From Pyrodictium abyssi (GTDB lineage: Archaea > Thermoproteota > Thermoprotei_A > Sulfolobales > Pyrodictiaceae): a DNA stretch of 32,000 nt. The position numbers were made by a program, and so were the translations under genes. This document shows positions 16,247-25,026 of this stretch, in pieces. The stretch lies in NCBI RefSeq assembly GCF_036323395.1, contig NZ_AP028907.1:1380001-1412000 (forward strand). Reading direction: 5' to 3'. The notes under the pieces were generated by a model that saw only the letters and a list, made by a program, of their open reading frames with translations, did no database searches and had not been told where the DNA came from. Numbering within the stretch: position 1 is the stretch's first letter; each line of letters opens with the position of its first letter.

Positions 16247-17317
16247 CTAGGCTAGGATCTCTGAGAGTGCTGTAAACAGCCTCTCGTATGCGTCCTCGGG
16301 AAGCCAACCCATCGTAGCTATCCTCACCACGCGGTCCTTGAGGCCCCCCATACCTCTGGCGATCTTTATGCCGCGCTTGGCCAGCTCGGATGCCAGCACG
16401 CCGCTCGGCAGAGGCGTATAGAACGCCGCTACCGTGTTAGCCCGGTACCCGGGCTCTACTACCGGCTGGAGACCGTAGCCGGGCAGCTTGCTGTAGAGCA
16501 GTTCTGCTCGCTCACGGTGCATCTCTATCCACGCGTCCAGCCCTCTCTCGGTTATGAGCTGTAGAGCCTCGCGGAGCCCGTAGAGCAGGTTCACCGCCGG
16601 CGTGTATGGGGTTTCCCTCCTCTCGCTATGGAACCGGTAGACCTTCTCTAGGTCGAGGTAGCTCGGCGGCTTTCTAGCCACCTTCTTCATCTTCTCTATC
16701 GCCTCCTCGGACACGGCGACGAACGAGACACCGGGCGGCCCTGCTATAGCCTTCTGTGCCGCGGAAGCCACCGCATCGACCACGCCAGGGCTTGGCACCT
16801 GCTCGCCAGCTAGCGCGGATACAGCGTCAACCATCACTAGGGCGCCCTGGCTCTTAGCCTTCCTTGCTACCTGCGCCATGTCGCGGTAGCTGAGTCCCAG
16901 GCTAGTCTCCGTATACACCACTGCTACGGCAGCGTACTCCTCCTCGTCGAGCTTCGCGGCTACACTCTCCACGGGGACATGCCTGCCCGGCTGCTCCGCC
17001 CCGACGACATCAACTATAGCGCCTCTACGTGCTAGAGCGTCTGCTAGCCTCTCACCGAACTCGCCGTGGCTCACGACTAGCACGCGCTCGCCCGGCTCCA
17101 CGAGGCTCCACGCCATGGATTCAACCGCTAGCGTACCGCTACCCGTCAGTACGAGAGGCTCACCACCACCATAGACCTTGGCGAGGAGAGCCCTCACATC
17201 GTCGAGCAGCTGGCGGAATTCCTCGGACCGGTGGCTAACCACCTGCTCCGCCATAGCCTTCAACACGCGCTCGTGCATCATAACGGGGCCTGGCGTGAAG
17301 AGTATCTGCCCCCTCAC
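16247..17317 (-). CDS. Class V PLP aminotransferase (serine-glyoxylate / archaeal phosphoserine aminotransferase type)
   Basis: 356 aa. It has VSHRSEEF and a PLP-lysine context AAQKAIAGPPG. It starts 3 nt after the serA-like stop, which suggests a phosphoserine-pathway pair. Confidence 0.82.
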   Translation of the reverse strand: MRGQILFTPGPVMMHERVLKAMAEQVVSHRSEEFRQLLDDVRALLAKVYGGGEPLVLTGSGTLAVESMAWSLVEPGERVLVVSHGEFGERLADALARRGAIVDVVGAEQPGRHVPVESVAAKLDEEEYAAVAVVYTETSLGLSYRDMAQVARKAKSQGALVMVDAVSALAGEQVPSPGVVDAVASAAQKAIAGPPGVSFVAVSEEAIEKMKKVARKPPSYLDLEKVYRFHSERRETPYTPAVNLLYGLREALQLITERGLDAWIEMHRERAELLYSKLPGYGLQPVVEPGYRANTVAAFYTPLPSGVLASELAKRGIKIARGMGGLKDRVVRIATMGWLPEDAYERLFTALSEILA

Positions 17318-17320
17318 CTT

Positions 17321-18355
17321 TCAGCACCCCCTGGCCTCCGCTAGTGCCTCCAAGAGCTTACGCGCCGTCTCCACCGCCACGCGGCGCTGAGCCTCGATCG
17401 TTGAAGCACCTATGTGTGTTGTCAGGATGACCCTCGGGTGCGCTGCCAGCTTCTTCTCAGCCTCAGTCGCCGGCGGCTCGTGCTCTAGGACATCGAGGGC
17501 CGCAGCACCCACAATGCCCTCATCTAGGGCCCAGAGGAGGGCCTCGGCGTCCACGACAGCTCCACGGCTCGTATTGACCAGTATCACGCCACGCTTCATT
17601 ACTCTAAACTCATCCCAGCTTATCAAGTGGTAGGTGTCGGGGGTGAGTGGCACATGGAGCGTTACCGCGTCCGCCTCTGCCAGGGCGTCGTGCAGGCTCC
17701 GCGCCACTCTCGCACCGAGCTTCTCGGCATAGCCTGTTATGTCCATAACGTCATACGCGACTATATCCATGCCGATAGCCTTGGCTATTTCTGCTACCCT
17801 GCGGCCTATCCTACCGAAGCCCACCACGGCTAGCGTCTTACCGAAGAGCTCTACACCCATTACCTTCTTCCACACACCTTTCCGGGCGAACTCTATTGAC
17901 TCGGGCACCCGGCGCGCAGCAGCTATCAGTAAGGCTATGGTGAGCTCCGCTACGCTCTGCGTCGCGGCGCCCGGCGCGTTCACAACCCTTATACCACGCT
18001 CTTGCGCAGCGTGTACATCCACGTTGTCCAGGCCTACGCCCGCGCGCGCTATCACCTTTAGTCTCTGGCCACGCTCTATAACCACTCTGTCGACCTTCGT
18101 ACGGCTGCGTACTACTAGTGCATCGTACTCTGGTATCGCTACAAGGATCTCTCCACGACTTATGCCAGGCCGGTAGTCGACTTCTAGCCCCGCGGCCTTG
18201 AGGGCTTCGAGAAGGAGCCCATCAACGGGGTCTGTTACCAGGACGCGGGCCCCCTCAAGGCAGGGGCGTAGCTTTTCCAGCTTAGCTATCTCCATGCCGA
18301 ATCCAACGGCACCACCTCCCCCGTGAAGGGCCGTTCGCCATGCACGGGTCTCCAT
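17321..18355 (-). CDS. serA: D-3-phosphoglycerate dehydrogenase / D-isomer 2-hydroxyacid dehydrogenase, short form without ACT domain
   Basis: It has the NAD fold GKTLAVVGFGRIGRRVA, the catalytic region NTSRG and THIGAST. The true start could be the internal MEIAKLEK (ATG at 18295). Confidence 0.8.
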   Translation of the reverse strand: METRAWRTALHGGGGAVGFGMEIAKLEKLRPCLEGARVLVTDPVDGLLLEALKAAGLEVDYRPGISRGEILVAIPEYDALVVRSRTKVDRVVIERGQRLKVIARAGVGLDNVDVHAAQERGIRVVNAPGAATQSVAELTIALLIAAARRVPESIEFARKGVWKKVMGVELFGKTLAVVGFGRIGRRVAEIAKAIGMDIVAYDVMDITGYAEKLGARVARSLHDALAEADAVTLHVPLTPDTYHLISWDEFRVMKRGVILVNTSRGAVVDAEALLWALDEGIVGAAALDVLEHEPPATEAEKKLAAHPRVILTTHIGASTIEAQRRVAVETARKLLEALAEARGC

Positions 18356-18467
18356 GAGAGATTAGACGCTTCTATGCGCCAGGAACACAGCTCTCCCACA
18401 GACCCGTATTTAAGTCTTAATCTGTATGCTAGATATCGTTAATTACGCAAAGAAGGCGGAAATCTAG

Positions 18468-19190
18468 CTACTTGCGCCCAACGACCTCGGCTATTGTTTC
18501 GCCAAGACTCCTCGTCGAGAACAGTGTGTATGTCACGCGATGCTCGCGAGGCCATACAGATGTTCTCCGGCGGGCCGTCTCCCAGAGACTCAAGTGCTTA
18601 CGCGGCAGGAACACGACTACATCCACCACGCCTCGCCGGACAATAGCCTCCATGGCCTCGGCGAGCAGGCCAGCTACTAGGCCCTCTAGCCTGGAATTGC
18701 CCAGCACTATGTCCGGCGGTACCTCGTAGCAGCAGGCAGGATATTCCTCAGCACGCTCGTATGGCACTAGTATCAGCAGGTCTGAGAAGTAGAGCCATTC
18801 TATCCCAGCGGGCCTATCCCCGTCGCTGCTCCAGAGCCCGAGCCGGCGGAGCAAGCCCCGTATCTTCCGGGACGTGGGGCTCTTGGTGTAGGGCTTTACG
18901 CTGCTACACGGCGTTATCAGAGCAGTGCTGGCGGTAGGCTCGTAATCTTCCCTTAGCCATTGCCACCATTTCTTTACAGCGGGGTGCTCGAAGGCTTTCT
19001 CTCCGACGAGCGCAGGGTCTACGCCCTCGTAGTGCCTGGGCACGAGCCGACCCGCCTCGTCCTTGCGTATGCTGAAGCGCGTCTTGGGCCTAGGCTGGAG
19101 CTGGGGCAGGATACCAGTGACGTGCGTCAGCGGCCTCTCTGGGAGGGCCTCCGTGGACATCCAGTTGCACACCGACAGTGGTAATACCAC
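18468..19190 (-). CDS. ArcS-motif / DUF5591-like domain protein, free-standing
   Basis: 240 aa. ITPCSSVKPYTKSPTS fits PC-X3-KPY-X2-S, which I recall as the archaeosine synthase C-domain motif, with Ser in place of the final His. GTG at 19190 is the longest start. ATG at 19160 fits better with the TCTATAA box at 19191-19197. Confidence 0.55.
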   Translation of the reverse strand: MVLPLSVCNWMSTEALPERPLTHVTGILPQLQPRPKTRFSIRKDEAGRLVPRHYEGVDPALVGEKAFEHPAVKKWWQWLREDYEPTASTALITPCSSVKPYTKSPTSRKIRGLLRRLGLWSSDGDRPAGIEWLYFSDLLILVPYERAEEYPACCYEVPPDIVLGNSRLEGLVAGLLAEAMEAIVRRGVVDVVVFLPRKHLSLWETARRRTSVWPREHRVTYTLFSTRSLGETIAEVVGRK

Positions 19191-19221
19191 TTATAGACCT
19201 GGGTATTTAGAGTGCAGGGCT

Positions 19222-19557
19222 CTAGCCCTGACGCCCCCTGCTACCGTAGTAGAGCACCTCCACGGGCTCCAGCGTCACAAGACCCTCCCTTACAGCCTCC
19301 ATAACCTCGTCAATCACGCTCTTTATAGCATCCTCCTCGTCAACTACCTCCACTATTACCGGAAGGTCCTCCGAGAGCCTCAACACGCCAGTAGTATGGA
19401 TCATGCTATGGCTACCGTAGCCCGCAATCCCCCGGATCGCGGTAGCGCCCTTCAAGCCACGTTTACGGAACAGCTCGAGAAGGTACATGTAGAGGGGCTT
19501 CCCGCGGTAGCGGTCTGACTCGCCAATGTATATTCTAAGGCGTAGCCAGCGCGGCAC
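19222..19557 (-). CDS. DUF190 (UPF0166) protein, the usual CrcB-associated PII-like protein
   Basis: 111 aa with a GTG start. LRIYIGESDRYRGKPLYMYLLELFRKRGLKGATAIRGIAGYG is the DUF190 hallmark. It overlaps the crcB 3' end by 23 nt. Confidence 0.8.
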   Translation of the reverse strand: MPRWLRLRIYIGESDRYRGKPLYMYLLELFRKRGLKGATAIRGIAGYGSHSMIHTTGVLRLSEDLPVIVEVVDEEDAIKSVIDEVMEAVREGLVTLEPVEVLYYGSRGRQG

Positions 19558-19993
19558 GCCCGTACACCAGGCTAGCTATTATAAAGCCTAGGTATATACC
19601 GAGAATCCCCAAGGCTATGCTTAGGGCCATGTAGGCTATCATCTGCGCTACCTGGTGCTCTCTTAGCATCCAGAAACTCTCATACATGAAGGTTGAGAAG
19701 GTCGTGAAGCCACCGGCGAATCCTGTAGCCACTAGAAGCCTCTGGTCACGCGTAAAAACACCGTACATAGTCGACGCCCCCATTACGCAGCCGAGCAGTA
19801 TAGACCCGGCCACGTTGACTACTAGCGTACCCAGTGGGAATACGTGGCCAGCTTGTAGCGTCTTCGAGACTATCCACCTAGATACGGCTCCGAGGGCTCC
19901 TCCCAGAGCCACTAGCAGAGCCTCCCGCAGCACCGCCACATACCGCGCAGCCTCGGGGCCCGGGGTCTCTGTTTTCTCGGCTCTCCTCAACAA
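19535..19993 (-). CDS. crcB: Fluoride ion channel CrcB/FluC
   Basis: Supporting motifs are GGALGAVSRW, GTLVVNVAGSILLG and GFAGGFTTFSTF. The track start is a TTG at 19993. TATA-like elements abut it, so the real start is probably downstream, for example GTG at 19939. Confidence 0.85.
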   Translation of the reverse strand: MLRRAEKTETPGPEAARYVAVLREALLVALGGALGAVSRWIVSKTLQAGHVFPLGTLVVNVAGSILLGCVMGASTMYGVFTRDQRLLVATGFAGGFTTFSTFMYESFWMLREHQVAQMIAYMALSIALGILGIYLGFIIASLVYGRAALATP

Positions 19994-20045
19994 TAGAAAA
20001 TTATCTAGCTTATTAAATTATACACACCGACTATAGTCGAATTAC
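19994..20045 (-). promoter_or_regulatory. AT-rich promoter region upstream of crcB
   Basis: The minus strand reads ...GTGTATAATTTAATAAGCTAGATAATTTTCTATTG. The perfect 12-bp palindrome CGACTATAGTCG lies at 20028-20039. Confidence 0.4.
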
Positions 20046-20111
20046 GCTTCTAAACTAGTAGGACTACAACTTAAAGCCAGTACTGTGTTACAAGAGTGGG
20101 CGGGGACCGCC

Positions 20112-20216
20112 ATGCTGCTCCAGCTCGTACTAATACTGAGCCTCGTAATCCTCCTCGGCGGGCTCGCCTCCAGCATACGCACACGCGGAAAGAGGACACA
20201 AATGCACCCAAGATAG
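20112..20216 (+). CDS. Possible 34-aa single-TM micro-protein
   Basis: Manual translation: MLLQLVLILSLVILLGGLASSIRTRGKRTQMHPR. It is a hydrophobic helix with a basic tail. TTAAAG at 20081-20086 lies about 26-31 nt upstream of the ATG, which is leaderless geometry. There is no other support. Confidence 0.25.
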   Translation: MLLQLVLILSLVILLGGLASSIRTRGKRTQMHPR

Positions 20217-20612
20217 GCTAACAGGAGGCTATGATCACTGGAAGTTAGAGGCACGGAGGAGCGGCGGACGGCTGAGCCACGCCAAGCCCGCTCATCAAAG
20301 ACCGCCAGTGGCTGCGGCGGCCTCACGGGCGGGCCAGAGTGCCGCCGACGCTCGTGTAACTAGGGAGTAGATGCGTAGTAATGTAACTATGATGATTACT
20401 TATAGGGCCGCAGCCCCAGGTTTAGGGGTATATAATCCCAGCGTTGTTGCAACTATGCATAGACCTGTGCCGTTACTGTTCCAGAACCGTTGCATCAAAC
20501 ACGATTGCCAGCATGTTTGGCACGCAGTGTCAGGAACTGCGTAAGAAGAGGAGCAGGGCGTAGGAGACCTAAAATATAGTACAGATAAACTGGGTTGCAT
20601 GTTTTACATGGT

Positions 20613-21197
20613 TTAGTAGGTGCCTAGGCTGAATATTGTCTCCTCCCTGCTCACACCGGTAGACGTACTGCCCATAGCTATGAAGCCTATACTTGCCAGT
20701 ACTGCGCCCGCTGCCGCGAGTAGCTTAGCTATGGCCGCAGTGCCGCCTAGCTTGTCTATGAGGCTCTGTGCTGCTGCGTTGGCCCAGGAGACACCGCCCC
20801 AGTCCACTACACTGCCGCTGGCTGCTGCCGTGGCGTCGTGCACGCTACCGGTGCTGGACACAGCTAGGAGCCATGATACTGCCAGCAGCATCGCAGCCGC
20901 CTTTAGTGGCGCATTGTTACCCTTTATCCCGAGCAGCCACAGTGCGGCTATCCCCAGCACGTGGTACAGCAGTAGCAGGACGCCACCCGCGCCTACGAGC
21001 CCCTGAAGACCGCTACCGTAGTAACCGGCTAGTATCCCCGCGACGCCTAGGAGGCCTACTAGCCCTATGCCGGAGAAGGTTGGTTTGCGGGTCTCCGCGC
21101 CATATGCTAGCCAGCCGGCTGCCGTTATCACAGCCGCACCGGGCCCCGCGAAGGGTGCCGAGAGGTACCCTAGGGCTAGCAGTAATCTGGAGTACAC
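20613..21197 (-). CDS. Hypothetical polytopic membrane protein
   Basis: 194 aa with about 5 Gly/Ala/Leu-rich TM helices. The hydrophobicity pattern is coherent, unlike the overlapping plus-strand ORFs. No motif was recognised. Confidence 0.55.
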   Translation of the reverse strand: MYSRLLLALGYLSAPFAGPGAAVITAAGWLAYGAETRKPTFSGIGLVGLLGVAGILAGYYGSGLQGLVGAGGVLLLLYHVLGIAALWLLGIKGNNAPLKAAAMLLAVSWLLAVSSTGSVHDATAAASGSVVDWGGVSWANAAAQSLIDKLGGTAAIAKLLAAAGAVLASIGFIAMGSTSTGVSREETIFSLGTY

Positions 21198-21402
21198 AGC
21201 TCTCCCCCAGCTCCCTAGATTAAGGCGCAGCTACCGGGGACTAGCGGCTGACGGGCTAGTAACACCGGGAAGAAGCCAAGGGGCGGCTGCGCCAGCACGC
21301 CGAGGCCCGAGCCTGGCCTAGGCACGCAAGGAGGGGTTCAGAGACACTTAGCAGAGTACCCAAGGCCTTGACAGGGGGCCGAGAAAAGCGGCGTCCAAGG
21401 AG

Positions 21403-22491
21403 TCACTTGTAGAGCCAGCACGCCACATAGCGTTCTGGCTCCACTTCCACCATAGGCGGGTCCTCTGCCTCGCACCGTGGCCTCACGCTAGCGTGCTCGT
21501 CGTAGGCTACACAACGCGGCCTGAACCTGCAGCCGGTCGGTATGTTGACAGCGCTCGGTACCTCGCCTTTTATCGGGACCTCGCGGAGGCGTTTACGGTT
21601 CTCCGGGTTAGGCTCCGGTATCGCTGAGACTAGCGCCCGTGTATAGGGGTGCAGAGGCTCCTCTATGACCTTGATGGCTGGCCCCATTTCGACTATCTTG
21701 CCCAGGTACATCACTGCTATCCTGTCGCAGATGTACCTGGCCACAGCCAGGTCATGTGTTATGAATATCATAGCTGTGTTGTACCGCTTCTTGAGCTCTA
21801 GTAGCAGCTCTAGTATCTCAGCGCGTATCGACACGTCGAGCATCGAGACGGGCTCGTCGGCTACCACGACCCTCGGGTTCAGTATGAAAGCCTTAGCTAT
21901 GGCTACTCTCTGGCGCTGGCCACCACTCAGCTCGTGGGGATAGCGCTCTAGGAAGTCCTCGACCGGCGTGAGCCGTACCGCCTCTAGCATCTTGGTGACC
22001 ATCTTTAGCCGTGTCTCTTCGTCGCCTATGCGGTGGATTATGAGCGGTTCCTCGAGTATGTACCTTATAGTGAAGCGTGGATTGAGGCTGCTATAGGGGT
22101 CCTGGTACACTAGCTGTAGCTCCCGGCGTACCATCCTGAGCAAACGCTTAGACAGCTTAGCTATGTTGACGAAGCCGTCCTCTATCCTAGCCCCTTGCTC
22201 CTCGAGAAGCTTGCCGAGTTCTGGCGACGGCTTGAAGTAGATATTGCCCTTAGTAGCCTTTACTAGACCCATTACAGCCTTACCGGTCGTCGTCTTGCCG
22301 CAGCCGCTCTCGCCGACCAGGCAGAGTATCTCGCCTTCGCGGAGGCTAAAGGAGACGCCATCCACTGCTCTGACGTAGCGCCGCTCCATGCGCTTGATTA
22401 TCTCCGTTAGGCTGCGGCGTAGCGGGAACCATACGTGCAGGTTCTCGACACGTAGAACCGTGTCCCCTGTAAGCGCCATCCCGGAGTTCAC
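21403..22491 (-). CDS. Opp/Dpp-family ABC transporter ATP-binding protein (OppF/DppF-like)
   Basis: It has Walker [10 protein letters not shown], signature LSGGQRQR and Walker B VVADEP. The C-terminal oligopeptide-type Cys-rich tail is CRFRPRC...C. There is a 4-nt overlap with the upstream ATPase gene. Confidence 0.9.
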   Translation of the reverse strand: MNSGMALTGDTVLRVENLHVWFPLRRSLTEIIKRMERRYVRAVDGVSFSLREGEILCLVGESGCGKTTTGKAVMGLVKATKGNIYFKPSPELGKLLEEQGARIEDGFVNIAKLSKRLLRMVRRELQLVYQDPYSSLNPRFTIRYILEEPLIIHRIGDEETRLKMVTKMLEAVRLTPVEDFLERYPHELSGGQRQRVAIAKAFILNPRVVVADEPVSMLDVSIRAEILELLLELKKRYNTAMIFITHDLAVARYICDRIAVMYLGKIVEMGPAIKVIEEPLHPYTRALVSAIPEPNPENRKRLREVPIKGEVPSAVNIPTGCRFRPRCVAYDEHASVRPRCEAEDPPMVEVEPERYVACWLYK

Positions 22492-23477
22492 CTCTCAGCC
22501 TCCTTCATGGAGTCTACGCCAGAGTCTGCCAGCCAGCATGCCACGTAGTGGCCTTTCTCGTACATCTGGAGCTGTGGCTCCTCTTCCCGGCACCTAGCCT
22601 CGGCTATGGGGCACCTGGGGGCGAAGCGGCAGCCGGGCGGTGGGCGGCGTAGGTCCGGGGGCTGGCCGGGTATGTAGCGCAGCTTAGTCCGGGGACCGTG
22701 TAGCCTGGGGAAGGCCTGGAGCAGCATGTAGGTGTAGGGGTGGCGTGGCCTATAGAACACGTCTTCGGCGCTACCGTACTCTACCACCTTGCCGGCGTAC
22801 ATTATCATTACCTTGTCTGCGAGCTCGGCTATGACGCCCAGGTCGTGGCTTATTAGTATGAAGCTTATGTTCTTCTCTCTCTGGAGCTTCTTTAGCAGGT
22901 TGAGTATCTGGGCCTGCACTATCACGTCAAGGGCTGTGGTTGGCTCGTCTGCTATGACTATGTCGGGCTCGAGGGCCAGCGCCATTGCTATGACTACGCG
23001 CTGTTTCTGGCCGCCGCTCAGCTCGTGGGGATAGCGGTGGAATATGGAGCGGTCGAGGCCCACACTTTCGAGTAGCTCGTAGGCTCTGGCACGGGCGTCG
23101 TTGACGCTATAGCCGCCGTGGAGGGTCAGTACCTCCACTATCTGCCTGCCGACCGTGTAGACCGGGGTAAGGACGTTCATGGCGCCCTGGAATATCATGC
23201 TTATGCGCTTCCAGCGTATCTTGCTGCGCAGCTCTGCCTCGCTCATACCTACTAGCTCGGTGCCGTCGAGCCTTATGCTGCCCCCTACTATGCGGCCTGG
23301 AGGCGGGACTAGGCCCAGTAGGCCCCACGCTAGAGTGCTCTTGCCGCAGCCGCTTTCGCCAGCAATCCCTAGCACCTCGCCGCGCTGTAGCTCGAATGAG
23401 ACGTCGTCGACTGCCTTTACCACGCCCTTGAGCGTGTAGTAGTATATCTTCAGGTTTCTTACCTCGAGCAGCGCCAC
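22488..23477 (-). CDS. Opp/Dpp-family ABC transporter ATP-binding protein (OppD/DppD-like)
   Basis: It has Walker A GESGCGKST, signature LSGGQKQR, Walker B VIADEP and the tail CRFAPRCP...C. Confidence 0.9.
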   Translation of the reverse strand: MALLEVRNLKIYYYTLKGVVKAVDDVSFELQRGEVLGIAGESGCGKSTLAWGLLGLVPPPGRIVGGSIRLDGTELVGMSEAELRSKIRWKRISMIFQGAMNVLTPVYTVGRQIVEVLTLHGGYSVNDARARAYELLESVGLDRSIFHRYPHELSGGQKQRVVIAMALALEPDIVIADEPTTALDVIVQAQILNLLKKLQREKNISFILISHDLGVIAELADKVMIMYAGKVVEYGSAEDVFYRPRHPYTYMLLQAFPRLHGPRTKLRYIPGQPPDLRRPPPGCRFAPRCPIAEARCREEEPQLQMYEKGHYVACWLADSGVDSMKEAER

Positions 23478-23501
23478 CCTACTCCACCACGCCGGGGTGC
23501 T

Positions 23502-24995
23502 CTACCTCCTAAGCCTTGGGTTCAGTATACGGTCGAGCGCGTTACCTATGAAGACGAATGATAGTCCTACAAGCGCTATGCCGAGGCCAGGCGGCAACAC
23601 CCACCACCAGTAGCCGTTGAGCGCAGCATTGGCCGCCTCCGCCTCGTGCAGTATACGGCCCCATGTCAGCACCGAGGGGTCGCCGACGCCGAGAAAGCTC
23701 AGCGACGCCTCCGCTATTATCGCGCCGGGCACGCTGAGCGCTATGGTAGCGAACATGTAGGGCAGTACCTGCGGCATTATGTAGAGGAATAGTATGCGCT
23801 TTGTGCTAGCGCCTAGCGCTATAGCGGACTCCACGTACGGCTCCTGCCTCACCTGTAGAGCCATCGACCTAGTGACTATTGCTACACCGGGCCAGCCGAA
23901 AGCCACTATCATGAACACTATGAGCCATATAGTCGGCTTGTAGAGAGCGGCCAGCAGTATGAGTATGGGCAGCGCTGGCAGCGAGTATATTATCTGCGCT
24001 GCACGCATCATAACCTCGTCCACTATGCCGCCAAAGTAGCCTGACACTATACCGTATAGCGAGCCTATTAACACGCTGAGCGTGCTAGCCAACAGGCCAA
24101 CTATTAGTGCCCACCTCACACCATAGAGTACACCCTGCCAGAGGTCACGACCCTGGTTATCAGTGCCGAGTATGCCGTAGCACGCGCCCATGACTACGAG
24201 CCGTTTCGGGGCAACGTTTATCGAGGCGTTGTAGCCGTATAGCTGGAGGACCCACCAGTAGCGCCCCCCCAGCGCCTCAGTAGCATTACCCTTGAATGCA
24301 GCAGCAATGTCTTTACTGAACACCGCGTCGAATATGGTTAGCATTATGTTGGCTATGTCTACCACGCTTACCTGGATACCCATCTTGCGGAGCTCCGGTA
24401 TTATGAACCTCTGGACGAGGAGCTGGTTCTCTGTTAGGGACTTGAAGCTCAGCACCAGATCCGTGGCATTCACTTTGCGCGCTGGAAGCCCTACGAGTAC
24501 GCTGTTTATCGGAACCTTCTTGCCGGGAGGCACGAAGTGGAATACCTTGCCGTCCGGCCTCACCACGCTAAGCCCAGTCACGTAGACTGGGTACTTCGAC
24601 GAGTTATAGTATAGATCCATCACTAGGAGTACATCGTTCGGCGGCGCTGTCCCCGTTACGTCTACAGGCACTTTTATCGTCACGTTCACGTAGGGCAAGT
24701 TACGCTGCTTGTCCACACCAGTATCGCTGATAATTTCTACAGCCTTCCCGTCGGCTATTATTGTCCGTGTATACTTCTCGCCACTTATGATCGATGCCCA
24801 GCACGGCGGTGCGTTCTTGGGGTAGAAGCGGAAGTACTGGTAGTTATCCCAGTTCTCTATTACCTCCTTGTTGCCTATCACTGGGAACGCTACCGCTATG
24901 AATAGGAATAGTACGAGGAGCCCTAGCCCTACCATGCCTATCTTGTCGCGTTTGTACTCGTTCCATACACCCGCTATACGCTCGAGTAGTCCCAT
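23502..24995 (-). CDS. Opp/Dpp-family ABC permease (OppC/DppC-like) with a roughly 250-aa extracytoplasmic insert after TM1
   Basis: 497 aa. The EAA loop is YVESAIALGASTKRILFLYIMPQVLP. The core has six TM helices. Confidence 0.85.
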   Translation of the reverse strand: MGLLERIAGVWNEYKRDKIGMVGLGLLVLFLFIAVAFPVIGNKEVIENWDNYQYFRFYPKNAPPCWASIISGEKYTRTIIADGKAVEIISDTGVDKQRNLPYVNVTIKVPVDVTGTAPPNDVLLVMDLYYNSSKYPVYVTGLSVVRPDGKVFHFVPPGKKVPINSVLVGLPARKVNATDLVLSFKSLTENQLLVQRFIIPELRKMGIQVSVVDIANIMLTIFDAVFSKDIAAAFKGNATEALGGRYWWVLQLYGYNASINVAPKRLVVMGACYGILGTDNQGRDLWQGVLYGVRWALIVGLLASTLSVLIGSLYGIVSGYFGGIVDEVMMRAAQIIYSLPALPILILLAALYKPTIWLIVFMIVAFGWPGVAIVTRSMALQVRQEPYVESAIALGASTKRILFLYIMPQVLPYMFATIALSVPGAIIAEASLSFLGVGDPSVLTWGRILHEAEAANAALNGYWWWVLPPGLGIALVGLSFVFIGNALDRILNPRLRR

Positions 24996-25026
24996 ACCGC
25001 TGCCACCCTACCCTTTTTGGCTATTG

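Noticed and set aside
17739-18176. 145-aa plus-strand ORF antisense to serA
   Set aside because: A shadow ORF opposite a frame with the GxGxxG NAD-binding fold.
20227-20279. Possible C/D-box sRNA (GGCU-AUGAUCA...CUGA-GCC)
   Set aside because: Box C has a mismatch to RUGAUGA. I could not find credible internal D' and C' boxes. The 34-nt C-to-D spacing is short. The perfect AUGAUGA at 20388-20394 has no CUGA at guide distance. A proper snoRNA scan is needed before calling either.
20520-20560. SRP-RNA-like string GUCAGGAACUGCGUAAGAAGAGGAGCAGGGCGUAGG
   Set aside because: It only loosely resembles the archaeal helix-5 segment (GCCAGGCCCGGAAGGGAGCAACGGUAGG) and needs insertions to align. A roughly 300-nt SRP RNA would not fit between the flanking genes without overlapping the 194-aa membrane-protein ORF.
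20042-20600. Minus-strand ORFs 20042..20326 (94 aa) and 20400..20600 (66 aa)
   Set aside because: No start context, no motif and nonsense-like composition. I treat the region as non-coding or micro-ORF space instead.
20620-21223. Two plus-strand ORFs (128 aa and 151 aa) opposite the 194-aa membrane-protein gene
   Set aside because: Their A/P/S/R-rich sequences have no hydrophobic periodicity. The minus frame gives coherent TM helices. Confidence in the minus-strand gene itself is only moderate.
21926-23036. Identical 20-mer CTCAGCTCGTGGGGATAGCG at 21926-21945 and 23017-23036
   Set aside because: It is the antisense of the shared PHELSGGQ signature region of the two paralogous Opp ATPase genes. 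It is not a mobile-element or regulatory repeat.
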